DNA from: Octopus vulgaris
Lineage: Eukaryota
NCBI GenBank assembly: GCA_951406725.2
Contig: OX597822.1
Coordinates: 34,596,001-34,660,000 of the forward strand
Reading direction: 5' to 3'
DNA length: 64,000 nucleotides
The notes under the pieces were generated by a model. That model had not been told where the DNA came from, ran no database searches, and was given only the letters and a program-made list of their open reading frames with translations. A program made the position numbers and the translations under genes. Shown here one piece after another: positions 53,174 to 64,000 of this stretch (position 1 is the stretch's first letter; each line of letters begins with the position of its first letter).

Positions 53174-54935
53174 ATTTTTTTTTCTATACACCCAGGCTTA
53201 TTCCCCATCATTTTTAGGAGCGGGTAGTCACAACAAGACGCACACCAGGCATTCCACTCATTTCCCAGCTCAAAGAGGTGAGCCCCGTTCTATGCTCGAG
53301 TCAAGGCATAGAAGGCAACCGCCAATATCAGCAGCGGGCCCGACAGCATATGCTGGTTTACTCCCATCGGATCATGCTCGTTCCGTACCCCTTTGAGCAA
53401 CATCAAATTCACTCATCCGTCCACAAACACTCTCCAAGCTTTCCTATCATTTATAAACTCTCTTGCTTCTCTCACTCCAACACCTCTAACTACCTAAGCT
53501 TTCCTCACTCCATCCATCCACAGAAACCGAGGTCTGCTTCTGGTTTTGCTACCTACCACTTCTACCTTCATCACCTTCCTTACCTTCCGCTCCTCATTCA
53601 TACTCTCCATGTGGCCAAACCACCTCAACATTCGTCTATACAATTTGGTTGTTTGTTTTTCTCTCATTCCTGCTCGCCTTCGAACCTCCTCATTCCGCAT
53701 CCTGTCCATCCGTGTCACACCAACCTTAGCCCTCAAACATCTCATCTCAGACACATCTAGTCGTCTCCTTTCCGCTTCTCTCAGCCCTCACTCTCTGCAC
53801 CATATAACATTGTCAGTACACTCACGCCTTCATACACACCTCCTTTCGCTTTCATACTCAACCTTTTATCTGTCAGCATACCTTTCACAACTTCAAGTAT
53901 CTTACTCTCCTCCCTCACTCTATACCCCACTTCCTCAGCCAACCCTCTCCCTTCTCCATCCGCCGTCACATGTGATTCCAAATACTTAAAAACACTCTCC
54001 TTCTCTAACATCTCACTATTTATACTCACATCTATCTTACAAGCCATGCCATCTCTCGAACATCTTATCACCTTACTCTTAGCTACATTCACTTTCAGTT
54101 TCCTCCTCTCATACACTTTTCGAAACACTACCACCAGTCTCCTTAGTTACTCACACAACAGACTTATCCCCTAAAATTTCTACTCTCACATTTATCCCCT
54201 TTCCCCTTGCACTATACAGGCACTGCACCAGTCCTCTGGTACTATTCCAGTCATATAATAAACGTTCATAAGCCTCACTGACCATTCAATCACTGTCACT
54301 CCTCCCGTCTTTAAGCATTCCACTGTACACCCATCTATACCTGGCGCCTTCCAGTTTGCCATCTTCCGCAAGGATTCCTTCACCTTCTCCCTTCCAATTG
54401 CACAGTAGTTCCATCCCCCAACAACAGGCATTCTCCTCTTTCCTCTTACAACCACTAATCTTGCCTCCAGAATATACTCCACCCCTAATAGCTCACTAGA
54501 ATACTCTGCCTATTTCCTTTGTACATGCTCACTTTCTTTCAACAAATTGCCATTTATATCCTTCATCCTTTCTTCCCTTCCTCCAACCACCTTTCTTACC
54601 CTCTTTCCAAAACATCTTTTTATTTCTTACAAAATGTTCACTCAGTATTTTCCTGAACCTTTCATTCGGTTCCCATTTCGCCACCCTCACCACTCTCTTT
54701 ACTCTCCCTTTCACTTCTCTGTAGCAATCGTAATCCTCTCCATCCCTTTTCTGCAACCACTCTTCAAAGGCACTTTTCTTTCTCTGTCACCGCATCCCTT
54801 ACCTGCTCATTCTACCACTCACTACCTTTCCTCACACCCATTCCAACCACTCATGTACCACATTTCTCAGGGACACATCTCATTAATGCCTCTCTATAAG
54901 CCTCCCACTCTTCCTCTACATCTACTTTCCGAGAG
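53174..54935 (-). mobile_element. RTE-clade LINE remnant, 5'-truncated, RT core deleted
   Basis: KAPGIDG...IVPEDWCSACIV, NFRGISLL, RKLKVNVAKSKV, FKYLES, MLYGAE, EMRCLR and LRWFGHMESM...RPRFLWMDGV are RTE ORF2 motifs; A-rich 3' end at ~53174-53183. Confidence 0.92.
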
Positions 54936-55644
54936 GAAAAGAAGAATTTTCAAAACTAGTTTATAGCTAAATTTTGTTGTTGTTGAACCATACGAGAAGC
55001 GCACTGTCGGCTCCTTTATTAACTCTTCTTGATGTGATGGCGGAAATTGATGGGCCAGTAGATTCATCTGTGTTATGTAATTGTAGAGAGGATATTTGTC
55101 TTAGTTCATTCGTAATCATTCAAACGTCATTAAGTGCAGACTATATTCTTTTTTTTCTTTTCTTATGCTAGTGCAATCAGAGAGTTTGAGCTAATCTTGT
55201 TCCTGCTTATACCAAGGTCATCCTGGTGGGATAGGCTTATGATCAAAGGCAACTTTATGGTCACTCTATCTCTCCATCAAGCATAATACATCAACAAAAC
55301 TTCATTCTCCACAATGTAATTTCTCTTTTAATGCAGCATGTTATATTTTGTGGTAAAGAGGATTTGTTTATTACTTCTAGCAAATCAGGCGACCACATAA
55401 AATATCTCTTATCAGTTCTGGCAAGTGGGCGTTTTGTAGACAAAGCTCAGCATTTTGAAGACGCTGCAGCATGTAACATTTGTTTTCTTTTTCCTTTACA
55501 TTTTTTCTTAAAGAGTTAATTCAAACACTTTCTTTCTGCTTAAGATATTAGATGACTAAGTTGTTTGCGAGCATTCATATCTATTAAACGTACCCTAGAA
55601 GTAAACAACCGTACCTCACTGATTTCATGGAAAAATTAGTATAT

Positions 55645-56110
55645 CTGGTTTAGGTACAAGGCTAATAATTTGATCGAATAGATTGGTCCCAGCTCTTGAC
55701 TACTAGTTGATTATACAACGCTGGAGGGATGAAAAGCGAAGTTTTCCATAGCAGATTTTGAACTCAGAATGTAAACAATCGAAGAAAATATTGTAAAACA
55801 CTGGAACTACTGCCTTTTTGGCCACCTCTTTTGCTCAGTATAATAGCCTATTTTTTTATATTACAAGTATAAAACAGTATCACTAGTATTAAAATGTTGT
55901 TATTAATTAATGTAAGTCCGAGGTCAATAATGAATTAGTTAGTAATTACTTTCCATCAGGGATGATATAGCAGTAGATTAGCAGGATTAAAGCTATTAGT
56001 TTCGGTCTTTTACGTTATGAGTTCAAATCTCACCGTGGGTAGCTTTGCTTTCCATCTTTCCGAGATATATAAAAAAAGATTCTACTGAAGTAATGAAGTC
56101 TGTTTAATTG
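55645..56110. mobile_element. Two decayed SINE family B copies in inverted orientation
   Basis: GATTTTGAACTCAGAATG (~55755) versus TTATGAGTTCAAATCTCACC (~56015). Confidence 0.55.
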
Positions 56111-56689
56111 AAAAATACTAATGTCTACTGGGATTCTTTAAACACAAGACCACAGAGAACAATCCACAAAGAATATTCTTGGTAATATCTGCACTTTAAC
56201 AGTGCATAAAGGTATAAATCACTACAACCATATTATTCTCACAAGGAGGAGGAGAAGGAAAAGGAGGGGAAGGAGAGACGCGACATAAGTACAATTCTAT
56301 GTATCGTAAAATTAAGCTATCACCTGAAACACAAGATAAAGCATAGATTTTTCCGCTATCGTTGATCTTATCTGCATAATTCCATTTAAGAAATACACTT
56401 AGAGATAATCCTAGTCTACTGTGCAATCATGGTTATTGTTAATTTCTGGTGATTAGCGTTTCCTTGTTTGTAAATGATTTGTCATCAATAAACTTACATA
56501 GCTGAGTGTGTGTGTGTGTGTGTGTGTATGTACATGTGCGTGTGTATATGCGCACGAGCGCAAACCTACTCACATGAATACACACACACACACACAGAGG
56601 CACATACACACACATAAACACATGCAGACGCACAACACACGCACACATACGTATGTCTGCATGTGTGTATGGATATATATATATATCAT

Positions 56690-57425
56690 GGCGAATGCCG
56701 GACAGAGGGGTCACACAGGAGAGCTAGGAAGAAGGTGAGATAATAAAGTACTGATGATCCCAAAACGAAGGTGCGCGTGCGTCTGCATATGGTGACCTTG
56801 ACGTGTGCATGAGTGCATGTGTAGGTGTGTGGATGATGTCAGTGCTAGTGTGTGCGCTGGTGTGGCTGCTGGGAAGTGGTCAGTGCTAGTGTGTGCCGGT
56901 TGTTGTGGTGTATGGTGGTGTGTGATGTGGTGGTGTGTAATGTGGTGGTGTGTGGTGAGGTGTGGCAAGATGTGGTGTGATAGTGTGTGGGTGGTGTTGG
57001 AGTGTGGTGGTGTGGGGGTGTGGGGGGAGGCGATATTGGAGGAAGCAAGGGTGGGGTATGGGTTAGGGTGAAGGTGAGGGTGGTGGTAGGGATGAGGCGG
57101 GGTGGTAATGAGGGTGGAGGTGACATTGAAGGGCGAAGGTAGGTAGGCGTGAAGGAGCGAAGAGAGAAAGTACGCGTCAGAACAAGAGAGGAGAGGTGGT
57201 TGGGAGGAAGTAGGTGTGAGAGGAAGAGAGGAGAGAGGAGGACGGTTAGATGGATGAAGAGGGGAAGAGAGTTTAGCCCATAGTGCAAAGAAGCGAAGAG
57301 AGAAGATTAGTTGCTGTTCACGGCGAAGACGGGAATTAGGATGACCCCTGTGCAAGGACAATCCGAACACAGACACGTGTTGTAATGAATGACCGGTAGA
57401 GCGGAAATGGCGCGAGACCGGGTTT
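56690..57425 (-). mobile_element. Penelope-like element 3' end: GIY-YIG endonuclease C-terminus plus C/A-rich 3' UTR
   Basis: Minus strand PVSRHFRSTGHSLQHVSVFGLSLHRGHPNSRLRREQQLIFSLR, then after a frameshift HYGLN, matches the PLE endonuclease C-terminal pattern PVARHF..H....GL......R...EQ..IF.L....P.GLN. Confidence 0.8.
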
Positions 57426-59779
57426 TCATTATATATTTATGTATACACACACACACACACGCATAACGCATATATATATATTTATGTATGTATTCATGTA
57501 TATATATATATGTGTGTGTGAGTGTGTATGTGTGTTTGTGTTATCATAATAAAATACAATGGCGTTAAGATACTTTAGCATTAAAGCAGAAATGTAATTA
57601 TTACATTTGACTTCTGTTTATCAGTCGACTGGGATTTAGCAATCATATTTTTCTTGTATAGATATTTGTATAGTTTTCTACATGAAAGTAAAATTCTATG
57701 GCTACCACTACATATAACGATAAATTAATGATGTCTGCAAAACTATTTTAATCCGTTTCAGAGTCTATCGAATTATAGAGATCCATACATGGAAACAGAC
57801 AAAGCAAAGAATTGCACTTTAGTAACTCTGCTGGAATTCGTGAACTGGAATATTGTTGAAAAAAGTATTAAAAAATAACTTTAAAATACATGCACATATT
57901 CTTTCGGGAATTACAAACTGTACTTTTAGACTGCATGTACATCATTAGTGATCTCTTCTTTACAGGAGAGAGAAAAGACCCACAAATAGCAAACAGTAAC
58001 ATCGTTATTTCAATTGAATACAATCGATCGACAGGTTATTTAAGGGCGTTGAAAAACTCAAATGTCTTACGGTTATTGTTCTGGCGATTTGCTCTGTGTG
58101 TTCAACTTCCATCGAAACTATTTATGCCTTTTACCCTTCCATGGTCAATAAATGAAGCCACTTGGAGTCGAGACTTTTCCTCGCATTCTTCTAGAATCGA
58201 GTCGTAGTGTTGTGATGTCATAGGAAACCACTCTCAATTTCTCTTTCATTAAAAGAAACAGGGTAGAGTCGAATAGTGTGTTAGGAAAATTCTCATTATG
58301 TAAAATACTACGAAACATCGTCGAAACGAACAATACACCATGGCGAGCAAAGAAGAGCCGGTATATTCATTTCTTCCTTGTCCCTGTTACATTAACGCTA
58401 CCGAATATTATCAAAGTTTAAAGTAAATTCTGCAGTTAGATCGAACTCTACTTTAGCAATGTCTTCTAACCGATCCTTGTTATATAATTAAATAAAAACA
58501 TATTTTTGAACCATCGATGTGATTTAGGAATATGAAATAAGGGTATATTCTGACGGGGCTGTTTCTTTTGTTTTTTTCACAGCTGTCAATTAATCATATA
58601 AGAATTAACTGATAGTAAAATCTTTTAAGATGGCATATAGATTATATTCACAGAAGATTAATTACGAAACAGAAAAAAGAAGAAAAATAAAACATTATTC
58701 CGTGCAGCTGGAGCGTGCAGTCATTTCTAATCTTGTCAATGACCAATACAGAAATTAAATGGAAAGTTAATGATATGTTTTAAGGAACTGATGGTATAGT
58801 GCGTCGAATATGGCATATTTTGCATAGTAATTCATAAGAAGGAAAAATACTTATCTTGCTGGTTTATCTAAAGAGTATTATTTGAATAAAATTTTGGCAT
58901 GTAAGAATAATTTAATCATAGCATGAGTATTCGACTCTAACATTTTTGGTTTCTTTTCTGAATATTTACGGCAACTGAAAGCAAAAAAAGCCTACTGCTA
59001 GAATACGAATGATATTTAGATTATCAATGATTTAGATTTCTTTTCACTCCATTCAGAGAATATGCTGCAGGGTATGATATATAATCAGATACATTTCCTA
59101 CTGTATGCTCCTTCTCACCTTTTACATATTGAGAACCCCAGAGTTTTCCCCCTACATTTGATAAGAATTATCATTAATACTAATAATTTTTCTTTTCCTT
59201 ACGGATGTAATAAATTTTTTAAATAAATATTCTTGTCTCGTATGTTAACCCTCATTTAAATACGTTTTCCACGCAGAAGGCATCTTTGTCAATCTGTTCC
59301 CTGTCATCAGAAGTATAGCCTGTTGAACTGACTACATCCTTGTTACAGCGTCTGCTAAAGATTAGAGACTGACTTAATCCCAGGATCATGACTATATATA
59401 TAGCAAGACATTCAGTCCAGTTATTTGCTGCCTCAGCTAATGTTAATAATCCATTTAACAACGATATAGATGCAAACAAAATTAGGTAGCTTACAAAATG
59501 TCAGCTGTTTGCTAAATATTTAAGAATTAATTCTATCGCAGAATACAAAGATCTACAGCATCTGTGCTCAACCATAATACCTGCAGTGGTTCTGTTCAAA
59601 GTTAATGGATTACAACGACTATTACTAGAAATCATTGGTTTATATTCTAGATAAGCTTTTCAAACACGATCTATGTAAAATTTTGCGCTCTAATGAAAAT
59701 TACGGTAAAATACCCCGAGTTTATTAGAACTCAAGACACTCAGCAAATGAAGTCAGTAACATACACACGCAAAGATATA

Positions 59780-60439
59780 ATCGATATTGTCCCGAACTAT
59801 AATATATTATATTTAGGAAAGGGGAATTTTGACGAGACCATCTCAAGTTCAGCAGCACATCAGACGGAGTCTCAAGAGAGAAGAGAGTTGAGACTTCACC
59901 AAGATCAACAAGGGCTTGCTGCAGCACTAAATACTGCATCATTAAAACAGTGTTTAGCATGCCAGATTACACACAGGTCCAATAGAATAGCTCTCAGAAA
60001 TAAACCACGTGGCAATTCTTTCTTCGCAACACCTGGGGTTGCTTTCGGATATGATCCATCCCATTCTTGTAAAAATGATAATTCTGTTCAAATTGGTGTG
60101 CTAAACCCAAACTGTCGTTTCTGCAAAGCTTTAAAATATAATCCATAAATGTTTTGTCGTCAGTGCTGCATTTTTCTGTATCAACTGTTTCAACCTAACT
60201 GTAATATATATCTCTATATACTGTCCGAAGTCAGGACGCCATGATAGATCGTTAGCTCCTACACGCACTTTTTCTCTCCATGTTTCTCTCCTTGTTTTTT
60301 TCTGTGTATATTTCTGTCGAAGAGCGTAGGCTCGAAACGTAAAAGACTTTTTCTATTTCTATTCCTGAGCGCTATACTAAAACATTTGTTTGTACTCCAC
60401 CTGCCTTCGTCTTTTGTTTATTTTCGTAAACTTTCCCGT

Positions 60440-60489
<50 letters not shown>

Positions 60490-60533
60490 AACGATAACGT
60501 TTTATCCCGAGCAACGCCGGGTATCCCTGCTAG
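59780..60533 (+). mobile_element. Helitron remnant: Rep N-terminal fragment plus 3' terminus
   Basis: TESQERRELRL...AFGYDPS...VQIGVLNPNCRFCKALKY resembles the Helitron N-terminal region with its C-x2-C motif. 3' hairpin CCCGAGCAACGCCGGG and CTAG|T at 60506-60534. Confidence 0.7.
60220..60441 (+). mobile_element. PLE-like terminal fragment with hammerhead variant, nested in the Helitron remnant
   Basis: TTT-CTGTCGA-A-GAGC-GTAG-GCTC-GAAACGTA-AAA at 60311-60344. Confidence 0.6.
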
Positions 60534-60605
60534 TGTATATATATATATATATGTGTATACATATATATGTGTATATATATATATATATGTGTGTATGTAT
60601 ATATA

Positions 60606-60939
60606 GGGTAAAGACCCCCTTCGGTCATGAATGACCATGGGATTGCACCTAGAAAGTTACCCGCCTAGACACAAGTCCGGGCAAGGTTGTTTATGGAAGG
60701 CTAGCAGTCGCCCATGCATACCAGCCTCCCCTCTCCACGCCACCAGTGTTATCCAAGGGAAAGACAAAGGTCGATACAGCTTGGCACCTGTGACGTCGCA
60801 ACTCATTTCTACAGCTGAGTGAACTGGAGCAACGTGAAATAAAGTGCCTTGCTCGAGAACACAACACGCAGCCCGGTCCGGGATTCGAGCTCACAACCTC
60901 ACGATCGTAAGCTCGACGCTCTAACTACTGAGCCATGCG

Positions 60940-60942
<3 letters not shown>
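60606..60942 (-). mobile_element. SINE family D head with a different tail
   Basis: Minus-strand head AGGCGCATGGCTCAGTAGTTAGAGCG...GCTCGAATCCC; body CTCGAGCAAGGCACTTTATTTCACGTTGCTCCAG as at 20460-20500. Confidence 0.8.
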
Positions 60943-61035
<93 letters not shown>

Positions 61036-61299
61036 GTATGGTGTGTGTCTGTATCTAGTAATTTATATGTGGGTGAGTGTATATGTGTGCGCTTGTATGA
61101 ATGTCTATTGATGCACCAATATTAATTTAATTATGAATTTACTATTTATATCTGAAACTGAAGCTATCCCATTAACCATACAAAAGTCATTTAACCTTTC
61201 TTTCAAAACCAGATATGATCTCACCGAAATATACCAAAGAACTAAAGTCTGATACAATTTATAACAAGATAGCTTATATAATCTTTAGATTACATTATC

Positions 61300-61377
<78 letters not shown>

Positions 61378-62039
61378 TTTTCGAAGTACACTTTGGGAAT
61401 GCAAATTGCCTTATTCAAAATAGTGTCGATCAAGAGATATGCTGTTGTAATTAGATATGTTTGCACCTTCAACTAAATTTATGTTAAATGTCATTCGTTA
61501 TTCACATGTTAAACAGTTACTGATTATCCTTGTTTGCTAGCAACTGGATTTCATTTTAGTTATATGTGGAAACTTATGTAAAATATATCTGCCTATTAAA
61601 TATTGATCTACTATCTGAAATTTCTTTTCTACACAACTGATGTATTATGAACACATTGAATCACAAATATGAGGTTGAGACGTTCGTTGTGCTTTGGGTG
61701 GTTAAAGCTGACAAAACACGTCGATCTTCAGGTCAGAGCACAGCTGAGTTCTTTCGAATTTTTAACAGGGTATTATGTGATCTGAGAAAAGACTGACATC
61801 TACTTCCAAACAGAGACAAAGGGAGGAGAAGAAACGCGGGGGAGGTAGAGGTGGAGGCAGAAGTTAAGAAGAAGGACAAAGAAGAGGAGAAGGATTAACC
61901 TCGCCTTATAAGAGAATCGTGATATATTTATAGCACTCAAAAGGAGGTTTCACCTTGATGTGGGAACAAGAACGAATACCGCACAGCAAGTGCGACAAAT
62001 TCGCCTGCTCGCCGATTTAATGTATGTATGTAATTAGGT

Positions 62040-62070
62040 ATGCGTACAAACATACATACGCACGCACACG

Positions 62071-62126
<56 letters not shown>

Positions 62127-62387
62127 TATATACATACTTACATCAATACGTATATATACATATATATGTATATATACATATATACATATATACATATATA
62201 TACATATGTACATATATATATATACATATATATATATACATACATATATATATATATACACACATATATATATATATACATACATCCATATATATATACA
62301 TACATACATATATATAAACATACATACATACATATATATATATACATGCATGCATACATATATATATATATATACATGCATATATAT

Positions 62388-62418
<31 letters not shown>

Positions 62419-62610
62419 CATACATCCATATATATATACATACATACATATATATAAACATATATAAATACATATATATATATACATGCATGCATACATA
62501 TATATATATATACATGCATACATATATACATATATATATATATATACATACATACATATATATATACATACAGCCTATATATATATACATATATATATAT
62601 ATGTGTGTGT
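62040..62610. repeat. Long compound (TA)/(TACA)/(CA) microsatellite
   Basis: Direct inspection. Confidence 0.95.
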
Positions 62611-62621
62611 GTCTGTGTATA

Positions 62622-62836
62622 TGCTTGTGTGTCTGTGTTTGGCCCCCCAAAATCGCTTGACAACCGATGCTGGTGTGTTTACGTCCCCGTAACTTAGCAG
62701 TTCGGCAAAAGAGGCCGACAGAATAAGTACTAAGCTTACAAAGAATAAGTCCTGGGATCGATTTGCTCGACTAAAAGCGGAGCTCCAGCATGGCCACAGT
62801 AAAATGACTGAAACAAGAAAAAGAGTAAAGAGAGTA
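62622..62836 (+). mobile_element. SINE family A tail module
   Basis: Matches 2385-2573. Confidence 0.85.
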
Positions 62837-62869
62837 AATATATATATGTGAGTGTGTGTGTGTGGGTGG

Positions 62870-63440
62870 GAGCACAGGACGTCACGAAACGTGTACAACA
62901 AAAATATGAAGTACAAGTACATTGAATATGAACTATTTTTCGAACAACGAAAGACACATATGGAAAACGAGGCAAAGAACTCAAAGAACGACCCTTCATC
63001 AGTTATTAGCAGTTTTTCTACTCACGTATTTTGAACATTTAACAACAAGATACGCTTTAGATAATACATTTTCACCCGCAAAGCAAATTAAACTAAATTT
63101 GGGATTTTACGGAGGGTCAAAATTGGTAACACAAACAGGACAGTTAAAACAAACAGGAACCACTGCTGAGCCTAATCGAGGTTGTGGTGGCGAACGCGAA
63201 AATCACCTTTGGACAGGAGAAGGCAAGAACACGTAATCCTTGATCCATCTACAACGGAGAGAAAGAAAGAAACACAAGTTAGGAGAAGAAAGAAGGCCGA
63301 TGGTCACGTGAGAGCAACGTGAGCAAGGGAGGAAGAGTGATGGAGAGAGAGTGACAGAGAACTTTGAAGGGGAGAGGAAAAAATTGGAGATAGGATAAGT
63401 GAGAAAAAACTGGAAGGGGAGAAGGGGAGGTGTATATAAA
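62870..63440 (-). mobile_element. Possible PLE-like 3' UTR remnant
   Basis: Minus-strand AACTGATGAAGGG hammerhead-like box at 62991-63004 and strand-biased purine-rich sequence; no complete ribozyme seen. Confidence 0.3.
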
Positions 63441-64000
63441 TTTTAATATTTTATAAGTCTTTGGTGTAATAATATTGTTTTTTTTATGTAAATATCGTTG
63501 TGTATGTAATGATCTAATTATCGTAATTTTCCATATAATTATTAGATACTAACTTTAATTTTATTCGTAAGATTTTACTTAGCGATAGATATGTTGTTTG
63601 ATAGCAAGTATACGAGTTGTTTAAAGTTAGGTTTATGTATATACATGTATTAATAGCATTAATTGTAGTTTTAAATTTCTTATAATTATTATTTTAACTT
63701 ATATATTGTCTTTTTAAATTGATATTTGCTAGTTTTATTCCCATTGATAAATATATTTATAGTATTTATAGTATTTATTTGGTACTATATAACTACGAAT
63801 TGATTATTTCTTTAAGTATTTTAAATATAAGTTTTCCGAAAGTTATTATTTAGCCAACTAGATATAAAGATAGTTAATATGTTACAGCGTTCGTTTAAGA
63901 TTGTTTGTTTGTATTTTTGAAATTAGCTATTTCATCTTTAAATATGAAAAAATAATTTATTAGGTCTTTATTATATGTGCATATATATTTATTTATAGTG

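Noticed and set aside
57055-57095. Telomere-like GGTTAGGGTGAAGGTGAGGG
   Set aside because: A single TTAGGG within a G/T-rich UTR; no array
56711-57376. 221-aa His/Pro-rich ORF as a host gene
   Set aside because: Only the first ~28 aa are meaningful (PLE endonuclease end); the rest is a frameshifted run through a low-complexity 3' UTR
62034-62663. ORFs of 200+ aa (YIYIYMYVC...), and similar ones at 7270-7636, 31524-32574 and 38090-38462
   Set aside because: Translations of TA/CA/TATC microsatellites that lack stop codons; no coding signal

Overview
AT-rich eukaryotic, repeat-dominated non-coding DNA (intronic or intergenic). I found no intact host protein-coding gene. The tRNA-derived SINE families and the heavy load of (TA)/(CA)/(TATC)/(ATT) microsatellites resemble an Octopus (coleoid cephalopod) genome; that assignment is inferred from recalled repeat families and was not verified. 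The window holds many SINE copies of at least three families, decayed mariner/Tc1/pogo-type elements, two Helitron remnants, an RTE LINE with its RT core deleted, several Penelope-like (PLE) remnants and a tRNA-Asp pseudogene. The most notable signals are: (1) an inverted pair of 230-bp PLE-type terminal repeats, each carrying an identical, apparently intact type I hammerhead ribozyme with a long stem II (29335-30298), plus a dispersed ~200-bp family carrying minimal hammerheads; (2) a 1.96-kb ORF1-only (gag/CCHC, no RT) retroelement with a 15-bp TSD inserted in a SINE head (38533-40490); (3) a nested, multi-hairpin fold-back fused to a SINE tail (35968-36244); (4) several long near-perfect palindromes. 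Most ORFs in the supplied track are microsatellite artefacts. All alignments and folds were done by eye.
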